From: a virus
Lineage: Duplodnaviria; Caudoviricetes
IMG/VR virus record: IMGVR_UViG_3300016476_000254
Span: 1-35,515 of that record
Reading direction: 5' to 3' (one strand)
Length of the DNA stretch: 35,515 nucleotides
A model generated the notes under the pieces. That model was not told the DNA's origin. It was given only the letters and a program-made list of their open reading frames with translations, and ran no database searches. Made by a program: the position numbers and the translations under genes. This document shows positions 27,973 to 34,985 of the stretch, piece after piece. The stretch's first letter is position 1. Each line of letters starts with the position of its first letter.

Positions 27973-28329
27973 TTAAATGCGTGTGAGTGCGAGCATCAAC
28001 CGTTCTTCCCAGGTCTGAAGCTGCCGAGTGATTGGCTTGGCTGCTTCAATAAACTCGGCTGGCAACGGTAGATTGGGATAGCGGTGTGTCCGAACAATCT
28101 GCCGGCAGGCTTCCTTGAATGCCACGGCTGGGATGTCTTGGAACACAGCGACATATAGTTTGAACGCTTGCTTCTCAGGCAGTGGTGCACGGAATACTTC
28201 GGCAACCACCTCCAATGAGGATGTTATTTCCTGGGGCGAGGCTGGCGCGAACGCACCCCGCACCAAAGCGAGGGCGTGCGTGAGCGACTGCTTCGCCTCA
28301 TCTGATGAGACGGGGATTGGTCGGCGCAT
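27973..28329 (-). CDS. Putative helicase loader/inhibitor following the initiator (start uncertain)
   Basis: Position after the initiator gene; C-terminal LP.PAEF motif. Confidence 0.55.
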   Translation of the reverse strand: MRRPIPVSSDEAKQSLTHALALVRGAFAPASPQEITSSLEVVAEVFRAPLPEKQAFKLYVAVFQDIPAVAFKEACRQIVRTHRYPNLPLPAEFIEAAKPITRQLQTWEERLMLALTRI

Positions 28330-28978
28330 ATTCACCAAGCTCACCAAGTAACTCAGCTGATCGTCTACGATTGGCTTCAGCCAGGGCGGTGGGAGAATGG
28401 CGTATGTTTGTTCGAGATCTGGAAGGGTCAGTGCGACGGATCCAGTTTCGCCAGGTCGCTTGCCAGTCGAGCTTGGTCTTTCCGTTACCAAGCCAGTAGT
28501 CTTTGAACTGATCGGTTGCATCTTGAAGATCCACATCTGGTCGAGCTAACTTGGCCCACTCGACATTGGCCTCGCTTGGCTTGAAGTCCTCAGGCAATTG
28601 GCTTGCCCTTCTATTATTAGATGATGGTTCCTTATGGTTAGGGTGACACGGTGACACCCCCCCCTGACACGGTGTCACCCCTGACACAGTGTCATCCCTA
28701 CTTTCGTCGAATGCCCTTATGACATATAGGTTGGTTCGACCAGGCTTCTCCTCAATGCGTATCAGATCCATTCTAACGAGCTCTGAGATAGCTCGCTGGA
28801 TCGAGCGGGTACTGAACCCAGTGTACTTTGCAAGCCTGTCTATGGCGGGCCATGCCTCACCACGAGGGTTGGCATGGTTAGCTATACCGACCAGGACAAA
28901 CTTCAGCAGCGGCTTGGTTGTACCATCCACTTCTGGAAGCTCTAGGTTCAGAGCATAGTTGAGTGCTTCGATGGACAC
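28298..28978 (-). CDS. Replication initiator (N-terminal wHTH, lambda O-like organisation)
   Basis: KFVLVGIANHAN...AWPAIDRLAKYTGFSTRSIQRAISEL and DWQATWRNW; GTG start after AAGGAGG; internal iterons. Confidence 0.85.
   Translation of the reverse strand: MSIEALNYALNLELPEVDGTTKPLLKFVLVGIANHANPRGEAWPAIDRLAKYTGFSTRSIQRAISELVRMDLIRIEEKPGRTNLYVIRAFDESRDDTVSGVTPCQGGVSPCHPNHKEPSSNNRRASQLPEDFKPSEANVEWAKLARPDVDLQDATDQFKDYWLGNGKTKLDWQATWRNWIRRTDPSRSRTNIRHSPTALAEANRRRSAELLGELGEYAPTNPRLIR
28644..28694. repeat. Iteron cluster, probable replication origin
   Basis: TGACACGGTGACA (28644-28656), TGACACGGTGTCA (28665-28677) and TGACACAGTGTCA (28682-28694), all inside the initiator gene. Confidence 0.78.
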
Positions 28979-29031
28979 GTTGACCTCCTTGAGAGCGAGC
29001 GGCCCCTCGCCCAACCGGGGGCCGCGAGAAC

Positions 29032-29457
29032 TCAAGGGGTTCTGTCAGCCCACTTATCCACATCCCGTGATGGGATCTCGTTGATAGTTAGATTGTACTG
29101 AGCTTCGACTAACTTCTTCTTGATGACATAGACATCAGTGATCATGCCTTTGACATCTTCAACTATGACAGATTCTGACCGACCCAATTCATTGAGGACT
29201 ACATATCTAAAGTCTGCTCGATAGGTAGTGATCGGCTTGCCAGCATGGACAATCTGATAGCTTGGTTGCATGACCAGGTTATCAATCTTGCCTTGATCTT
29301 GCATCAGTTTCAGTTGCTCATATCGAGTGGCCTCGGCTGACGATGCAAACCAATGACCATCGACTCTCTTGCCTTGGGCATTGTACTTACCACGACGAGT
29401 CTTGTTATAGCTGCGAGTCTGTCGTGCTTCAGTTGTAGAGACTGGAAGTTTAGCCAT
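29032..29457 (-). CDS. DUF1064-type PD-(D/E)XK endonuclease
   Basis: KYNA...VDGHWFASSAEA, YRADFRY, VEDVKG. Confidence 0.85.
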   Translation of the reverse strand: MAKLPVSTTEARQTRSYNKTRRGKYNAQGKRVDGHWFASSAEATRYEQLKLMQDQGKIDNLVMQPSYQIVHAGKPITTYRADFRYVVLNELGRSESVIVEDVKGMITDVYVIKKKLVEAQYNLTINEIPSRDVDKWADRTP

Positions 29458-29770
29458 CGGTATCCTCGACTACCTTGATCTTAACATTTAGTGCCACGCA
29501 CCAGCACATCAGGTAGAAACAGGACGGCAACTTAACCCCGCTCTCCCATTTGTTGACGTAGCAATCGGAGACACCGATCCTTGCCGACAGTTCTTCTTGG
29601 CTCATGCCAATCAGTTTGCGGCGCAACACCAAGGTAGAGATCAGTTCTTTGTAGAATCGTTCTTCACCTGGCGAGGGGATCGTATTCCGAGAGAACGCTG
29701 GCTTCTTGATTGGATTGCGTAAGAGTGCCAGCGACTTTGAGTGCGGTTCGATAATGCAGATCTCGCCCAT
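29450..29770 (-). CDS. XRE-family HTH regulator (true start may be downstream of 29770)
   Basis: RRKLIGMSQEELSARIGVSDCYVNKWESG. Confidence 0.8.
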   Translation of the reverse strand: MGEICIIEPHSKSLALLRNPIKKPAFSRNTIPSPGEERFYKELISTLVLRRKLIGMSQEELSARIGVSDCYVNKWESGVKLPSCFYLMCWCVALNVKIKVVEDTDG

Positions 29771-29897
29771 TCAGCACCCGATAGTATGTGCTATCTGGAA
29801 CGCCAGCCTGAATGAAAGCCTCCTTCAGATCGGCTTGCTTGCTGGCTGCAAGCTCGGCCAACTGTACGAAGTAACTCTTTATTTCAGTGTGTGACAT
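29664..29897 (-). CDS. Small Cro-like HTH regulator
   Basis: 77 aa, LKEAFIQAGVPDSTYYRVLNG; first gene after the promoter at 29924-29951. Confidence 0.7.
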   Translation of the reverse strand: MSHTEIKSYFVQLAELAASKQADLKEAFIQAGVPDSTYYRVLNGRDLHYRTALKVAGTLTQSNQEASVLSEYDPLAR

Positions 29898-29923
29898 TGC
29901 CAGTGATCCGGTTTGACTGGCAC

Positions 29924-29951
29924 AAGATACTGCACATTTGCAGGTTGTCAA
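29924..29951 (-). promoter_or_regulatory. Sigma70-type promoter with an operator in its spacer
   Basis: TTGACA-16 nt-TATCTT on the minus strand; spacer contains CTGCACATTTGCAG (29930-29943). Confidence 0.75.
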
Positions 29952-30190
29952 TCAGTCAGGTCATCTGGATGGCGTTCGATCCCAAGATCTTCCTCAATCC
30001 AAGCCATGACTGTCTTAACTTCGTCGATCAGTTCAGCGAATGCCTCTTCATTCTTGACTTCACCTGCTGCTCGTTTGCAATCTTCGTAGTCCCAGATCAC
30101 ATCCCATAGCAGGTTCATCCATTCAGTCGGGTTACCTCTGACGATCTTGTTCATGTGAATCTCCTCAATAGGATTGGCAATCTTGTTCAT
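29948..30190 (-). CDS. Small acidic hypothetical protein with two possible starts (30190 and 30154)
   Basis: GAGGAG RBS precedes both ATGs. Confidence 0.72.
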   Translation of the reverse strand: MNKIANPIEEIHMNKIVRGNPTEWMNLLWDVIWDYEDCKRAAGEVKNEEAFAELIDEVKTVMAWIEEDLGIERHPDDLTD

Positions 30191-30254
30191 GTCGATCTCC
30201 TCGATGAGATTGATTGACCTTCTGGCTCAAAAAAATTCCAAGTTTTTTACTCGT

Positions 30255-30270
30255 TGTTTCACGTGGAACC
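30255..30270. other. parS: Chromosomal-type parS-like palindrome
   Basis: TGTTTCACGTGGAACC matches TGTTTCACGTGAAACA at 14/16; intergenic. Confidence 0.65.
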
Positions 30271-30386
30271 TGAGCCGCACACATCCTTTGATACTAAGCC
30301 ACTGACGTTAGTCTAGCGATCAGCCTGGATGCTGAGTGTTAGGGCTCCGGTTCTTCAGTACCGAAGCCTTTGCTGGTGAGTCTCTC

Positions 30387-30467
30387 TCAGGGCAGTGCGA
30401 CCCAGATCCAGAATGAGGCACAGGCTAGTGCGCCAAGGGCCAGGACATCCAGAGTTTTATCAAGCAT
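30387..30467 (-). CDS. 26-aa hydrophobic peptide
   Basis: MLDKTLDVLALGALACASFWIWVALP with AGAGGAG RBS; below the ORF-track cutoff. Confidence 0.6.
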   Translation of the reverse strand: MLDKTLDVLALGALACASFWIWVALP

Positions 30468-30625
30468 ATCAGTCTCCTCTACCTTGAGTGGTGACGAAAT
30501 CTTTGAGCATTACTGTATGCTCTTTCGTCCTGTAGTGCGGGGTTCGGGGCGGAGCCCCGAAAAATTTTTTGCAAAATGCTGCATCGCAGAAAGTATGCTG
30601 CGCTGCATCAACTGCCGAGATGGGT

Positions 30626-30647
30626 GGGCGAGGCCGGAGCCCCGCCC
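30626..30647 (-). terminator. GC-rich hairpin after the first early gene
   Basis: Minus strand GGGCGGGGC-TCCG-GCCTCGCCC (UNCG loop), 9 nt after the stop; no U-tract. Confidence 0.4.
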
Positions 30648-30656
30648 GATTGAGCG

Positions 30657-31133
30657 TTACGCGCTCTGCGATTGTGGGACCTCGGTCGAGCCGATTGCGA
30701 ATCGCTTGGCGCGTTCCATTGCTGGGGTTGAGAACTCGCGCTTAGCTGTTGGGCGAGGCGCTGGCATTGCAAAGGTCGAGCCTGTTTCTGTTTCGTAAAC
30801 GCTGACCGCATCTGCGAGGATTGCTTCGAGCGCTGCAAGCTGCAACTCGAGGCGCTCGGTCCAGTCGATTGCGCGATTGAGTGCAACTTCGGAAAGCTCG
30901 TCGCCACGGTGGGCGCGTGAAGCAATGATAACTTTCTGCTTGGCATCGTCCAGGTCGTTCTGGGTCTTTTCAATGGTCAAGGCGGTTGAGTAACAGATGC
31001 CATTGAGCACGCGCTTTTGAGCGTAACCTAAAAGATTGATCTGCTCGCTCTGACCATCTTTGTTGGTACGGGTCTGCATCTCGGTCAATTCAGCGGCGAT
31101 TGTGCGAAGGGCGGCGGTGATTTTCTTTGACAT
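30657..31133 (-). CDS. Hypothetical helical protein, first gene of the leftward operon
   Basis: 158 aa, AGGAG RBS, downstream of the promoter at 31180-31208. Confidence 0.8.
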   Translation of the reverse strand: MSKKITAALRTIAAELTEMQTRTNKDGQSEQINLLGYAQKRVLNGICYSTALTIEKTQNDLDDAKQKVIIASRAHRGDELSEVALNRAIDWTERLELQLAALEAILADAVSVYETETGSTFAMPAPRPTAKREFSTPAMERAKRFAIGSTEVPQSQSA

Positions 31134-31179
31134 GGTGTGCTCTCCTAGTTGGTACGGTGTCGACTAATCCGACAAAAAC

Positions 31180-31208
31180 AGAATGAGGCTTCTGCTCTGT
31201 ATAGTCAA
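31180..31208 (-). promoter_or_regulatory. Sigma70-type leftward early promoter
   Basis: TTGACT-17 nt-CATTCT; the -35 box lies inside the palindrome GTATAGT-CA-ACTATAC (31199-31214). Confidence 0.62.
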
Positions 31209-31282
31209 CTATACTTCTCATCACGAAAGCGTGATCTGTGGCCCGGCCTCACCCTCATCGGATGGCCAAGCGACCGGAGGGA

Positions 31283-31532
31283 GCTGCGACGCTACAGCGG
31301 CGCGGAAGGGCAATGCTTGCGGGCTTGCCCGTCAAGCGTTGACCGAGGCCGATGCCCGCGCGCACTAAGCGCGTATAGGGCATCGAGAGCATGCCCCAAG
31401 GCATTCCATATTGTGTGTGCCAAGGTCAAGGATGCGGGAAGCAAGGGCCGCGAGAGGATCGAAGCCCGAAGGGTGGAGACGCCACAGGCGGCTCCATCGG
31501 AGACGAGAGCCGTGCCGAGCGAGTGTCGCAGC
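31283..31532 (+). ncRNA. Large multibranch structured element (ncRNA or folded ssDNA)
   Basis: Nested closing stems and at least four internal hairpins, with G-T wobbles that pair only on the + strand; no credible ORF. Confidence 0.55.
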
Positions 31533-31556
31533 GAGGTCTCGCCCAAACAGAGTCCA

Positions 31557-31586
31557 TTGACAGCTATGTAACCCCTGCCACTATAT
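31557..31586 (+). promoter_or_regulatory. Candidate rightward promoter for terS
   Basis: TTGACA at 31557-31562, followed 16-18 nt later by CACTATATAT. Confidence 0.55.
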
Positions 31587-31611
31587 ATACAACCTCATGC
31601 AGAGAAGCCCG

Positions 31612-31998
31612 ATGAACGCAATCATCCAGAGATCTGACACAGTTCCCCTGACGCCAAAACAGGATGCGTTCTGTGATGAGTATGTAGCGAACGGTGGCAA
31701 AGGCACAGCAGCCGCAAAAGCAGCCGGTTACGCTGAAGCATCTGCTCATGTCGAAGCCAATAGATTGCTCAAGAACCCGCTGATTCTACAGGAGATTTAC
31801 AAGAGGACTGCCATAGCGATTGGTGCCTCTGCTCCAAAGGCTCTAGCGCAGATCATAGGGTTGAGCTCTACAGCTAAGAGTGATTACGTGAGGCTCGAAG
31901 CCTCTAAAGATCTGCTCGACCGAGCGGGACTGAAGGCCCCTGAGCGGGTAGATCACCGGCTGGACGGTGAGTTGAAGATCTCCATCGACCTGTCATGA
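31612..31998 (+). CDS. terS: Terminase small subunit
   Basis: LTPKQDAFCDEYV...AAAKAAGYA...ANRLLKNP and ASKDLLDRAG. Confidence 0.85.
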   Translation: MNAIIQRSDTVPLTPKQDAFCDEYVANGGKGTAAAKAAGYAEASAHVEANRLLKNPLILQEIYKRTAIAIGASAPKALAQIIGLSSTAKSDYVRLEASKDLLDRAGLKAPERVDHRLDGELKISIDLS

Positions 31999-32251
31999 CG
32001 CGCAAGGATCTAGGGAGTTAGTGCTCTCTACGGGAAGTGTGAGGGGGGGGTCAAAAGTGGGCGCGATAGCCTATTGCGAGATCCCACACAATTATTTTTC
32101 CCCCTCAAAGTTCGCTGCACATCCGCAGTTAGTGCATTGAGCTTATAGTGTCTCGTGAGATTTTGGTGACACTTCTGTCGGTACGGGGGTGGGTGGAGAT
32201 CGGGTGCGTGCCTATGGCTGGCTCGATCTCCTTCTCCGTGTGGGGTGAATC

Positions 32252-32584
32252 ATGGCAAGTCCGTTGTGGCAGCGTAAGGCTGGGCAGAATCCCAAGGGTG
32301 GATTGAATGAAGCTGGCCGTGCTTCGTACAAGAAGGAAACCGGTGGGAACTTGAAGGCTCCTGTGAAGGGAGCGCCGAGTGGGCCGGAGGAGATGAGGCG
32401 CAAGGGTTCGTTCCTTGTGCGTATGGGTTCGGCTGCTGGTCCTTTGAAGGATGAGAAGGGTCGCCCAACGAGATTGAAGCTTTCACTTGAGGCTTGGGGT
32501 CATGGTGGTGACAAGGCGAGCGCTGTCGCCAAGGGTCGTGCCTTGCTTGCCCGGTATCAGGCTTTGAAGAAAAGGAAGAAGTGA
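32252..32584 (+). CDS. Basic phage hypothetical protein
   Basis: 110 aa, WQRKAGQNPKGGLNEAGRASY...RRKGSFLVRMG. Confidence 0.8.
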   Translation: MASPLWQRKAGQNPKGGLNEAGRASYKKETGGNLKAPVKGAPSGPEEMRRKGSFLVRMGSAAGPLKDEKGRPTRLKLSLEAWGHGGDKASAVAKGRALLARYQALKKRKK

Positions 32585-32748
32585 TGGCAAAGGATTCCAT
32601 GGAACTTGGTGGTGGCGGGCGTTACAAGGCGCTTGTTGAAAAGCTCACAAAGCAGGGGGCCAAGGATCCCAAGGCACTTGCGGCCTATATCGGTCGGAAG
32701 AAGTACGGCAAGAAGAAGTTCCAAGAGCTTGCCGCGAAAGGGAAGTGA
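32584..32748 (+). CDS. 54-aa basic hypothetical protein
   Basis: MAKDSMELGGGGRYKAL...ALAAYIGRKKYGKKKFQELAAKGK; TGATG coupling; not in the ORF track. Confidence 0.75.
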   Translation: MAKDSMELGGGGRYKALVEKLTKQGAKDPKALAAYIGRKKYGKKKFQELAAKGK

Positions 32749-32749
32749 C

Positions 32750-32890
32750 ATGGCTAAGATGATGAAGTCGATGGAAAAGATGGAAGGGTCCAAGAAGGAC
32801 ATGGCTTCCGACAAGATGCAGATGGCCAAGAAGAAGATGGCTATGGCTGCGGCCAAGAAGAAGATGATGTCCAAGAAGGGCATGAAGTGA
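32750..32890 (+). CDS. 46-aa Met/Lys-rich peptide
   Basis: 13 Met and 15 Lys; AAAGGGAAG RBS. Confidence 0.72.
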   Translation: MAKMMKSMEKMEGSKKDMASDKMQMAKKKMAMAAAKKKMMSKKGMK

Positions 32891-32973
32891 GCGGTATTGC
32901 TCTCTCATCTGGCGAGCTGTTGGTTATATTCCTTCAGCTTGCTACCTTGGTTTTCCTCGTACACAAGTTGTAG
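32887..32973 (+). CDS. 28-aa single-TM peptide
   Basis: GTGA overlap; MSGIALSSGELLVIFLQLATLVFLVHKL fills the gap between genes exactly. Confidence 0.5.
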   Translation: MSGIALSSGELLVIFLQLATLVFLVHKL

Positions 32974-32975
32974 TC

Positions 32976-33221
32976 ATGGACAATGTGATTCGGTTTCGGC
33001 CTCGTCGTGTTCCTCGTGAGATCCATGAGACTGAACCGGCAGACATTGATGACATCCTTGACTACGCTCGAGGACGCTTGACCAACCTGGTCCTGATCGG
33101 CATGGACGATGAGGGTCATGGTATTGTGGCAACCTATCCTGGATCTCTCCATAAGGACGAGGTCACGGAGCTCTTCGACATCGTGCAGCAACTGGTGTTT
33201 GGCTATGAACAGCATTCTTGA
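32976..33221 (+). CDS. Hypothetical protein
   Basis: 81 aa, MDNVIRF N-terminus, tightly packed. Confidence 0.7.
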   Translation: MDNVIRFRPRRVPREIHETEPADIDDILDYARGRLTNLVLIGMDDEGHGIVATYPGSLHKDEVTELFDIVQQLVFGYEQHS

Positions 33222-33417
33222 AGCCGGTGGCTTTACGAGTCAGTTGTCGGTGGCTGATCGAGACCGACTGCGCCATATTGTCCGCAAGGTACATCTAGCT
33301 CACTACCCACAAGACAAGCTGACTAACCTTGAAGTCGATAAGCTGATCGACGCCTGGGGGCCGGAGATTGCGGGCAAGTTGGTCAAGAAAGCCGTCGATG
33401 CGGGTTGGATCTCGTGA
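33205..33417 (+). CDS. Hypothetical protein immediately upstream of terL
   Basis: 70 aa, RLRHIVRKVHLAHYP...DKLID. Confidence 0.72.
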   Translation: MNSILEAGGFTSQLSVADRDRLRHIVRKVHLAHYPQDKLTNLEVDKLIDAWGPEIAGKLVKKAVDAGWIS

Positions 33418-34940
33418 ACTTTAACTACAAGCCCGAAGGTCAGACGCTCAAAGACTTCATGAAGGATAACTCCTTCTTTCGCGGTCTGCGTGGTCCTGTC
33501 GGTGCGGGTAAGTCTGTATGCTGTGCCGTTGAGATATTCCGGCGAGCCCTCCAACAAGAACCCGATGCCAACGGTATGCGCCGCAGCCGGTGGGCCATTG
33601 TCCGAAACTCTTATCCTCAGTTGAGAACCACAACCATCAAGACCTGGCTTGATTGGTTTCCCGAAGATGTCTGGGGCAAGATGCTCTGGCATCCACCGCC
33701 ATATACTCATCGACTTCGCCGCGGCAGTCTCGACATGGAGGTCATCTTCTTAGCCCTCGATAGGGCCGAAGATGTGAAGAAGCTCCTGTCTCTGGAGTTG
33801 ACCGGCGTCTGGATTAACGAAGCACGTGAAGTACCCAAGGCTATTGTCGATGCCTGTACCATGCGCGTTGGCCGTTTCCCCTCGATGAAGGATGGAGGCC
33901 CTACTTGGTATGGGGTCATTGCCGACACCAACGCACCAGATGAAGATCATTGGTGGCCGATCATGGCGGGCGAGGCTCCCTTGCCAGACCATATTACCCG
34001 TGAAGAAGCACTCATGTTGGTTAAACCTGAGACATGGAAGTTCTTCAATCAGCCGGGAGGTATGGTGGAGATCAAGGATCAGGATGGTTCGCTGACCGGC
34101 TATAAGATGAACCCGGTGGCCGAGAACCGTAAGAACCTAACGCCTAACTACTACCCCGACATTATTAAGGGCAAGGCAAAGAACTGGATTGACGTCTATG
34201 TCTTGAATAAACTGGGCAGTCTCTCGGATGGCAAGGCAATCTATCCCATGTTCACCGATGACCTTCATGTGGCAAAAGAGCCACTGCTCCCAATTCCTAA
34301 TGTGCCAATCATTGTGGGCATGGACTTTGGTCTGACCCCGGCGGCAGTCTTTGCCCAGCACGTTCGTGGCAAGTGGTTGATCCTGCATGAACTTGTAGCT
34401 CAGGATATGGGCATCGTTCGCTTTGCCGAGCTATTCCGCATCGAGCTTGCCCAGAGGTTTCCAGGCATGAATGCTCATGTCTATGGAGATCCGGCAGGTG
34501 ATTATCGCGCCCAGACAGATGAGCGGACCCCGTTTCAGATCCTTCGATCTGCTGGGATCAAGGCATTCCCTGCTGGCAACAATGATGTCTCGCTCCGGCT
34601 TGAAGCCGTATCGACTGCACTAAGCCGCCTGATTGATGGACAGTCTGGGTTTCTAGTGGACTCGCGCTGCGTCAATCTACTCAAAGGATTCCGTGGTGGC
34701 TATCAATACCGCCGTCTCCAGGTATCGGGGACTGATCGGTATGAAGAGAAGCCTGACAAGAACAAGTTCTCCCATATTCATGACGCCCTGCAATACGCCC
34801 TAATTGGTGGCGGTGAAGGCCGAGCATTGACGAATACGGGACAGAACCATAGACCTGTAGTTGCTCGACGAGACTTTGATGTGTTTACCCGGCAACCCAT
34901 GCAGAGGCGTGGCCCAAGGGTTAGGTTCGGTCCATTGTAA
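33405..34940 (+). CDS. terL: Terminase large subunit (start may be GTG 33414)
   Basis: Walker A GPVGAGKS, Walker B WINEA, DTN coupling motif, nuclease motifs GMDFG and SHIHDALQY. Confidence 0.95.
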   Translation: MDLVNFNYKPEGQTLKDFMKDNSFFRGLRGPVGAGKSVCCAVEIFRRALQQEPDANGMRRSRWAIVRNSYPQLRTTTIKTWLDWFPEDVWGKMLWHPPPYTHRLRRGSLDMEVIFLALDRAEDVKKLLSLELTGVWINEAREVPKAIVDACTMRVGRFPSMKDGGPTWYGVIADTNAPDEDHWWPIMAGEAPLPDHITREEALMLVKPETWKFFNQPGGMVEIKDQDGSLTGYKMNPVAENRKNLTPNYYPDIIKGKAKNWIDVYVLNKLGSLSDGKAIYPMFTDDLHVAKEPLLPIPNVPIIVGMDFGLTPAAVFAQHVRGKWLILHELVAQDMGIVRFAELFRIELAQRFPGMNAHVYGDPAGDYRAQTDERTPFQILRSAGIKAFPAGNNDVSLRLEAVSTALSRLIDGQSGFLVDSRCVNLLKGFRGGYQYRRLQVSGTDRYEEKPDKNKFSHIHDALQYALIGGGEGRALTNTGQNHRPVVARRDFDVFTRQPMQRRGPRVRFGPL

Positions 34941-34985
34941 GGCTAACTGCACATTTGCAAGTGTCGCACGATCAAGGAGACTATC

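Noticed and set aside
30255-30360. Hammerhead ribozyme on the minus strand (CTGAAGA ... GAAAC)
   Set aside because: CTGAAGA lies in a hairpin loop and no stem II/III geometry links it to the GAAA, which is part of the parS-like site
30370-30973. ORFs 30370..30798 (+) and 30608..30973 (-)
   Set aside because: They overlap the better-supported 30657..31133 gene and regulatory hairpins, and lack an RBS
31149-31615. ORFs 31149..31571, 31292..31546 and 31391..31615 as genes
   Set aside because: No RBS or recognisable motifs; Arg/Cys/Ser-rich composition typical of spurious frames in GC-rich structured DNA
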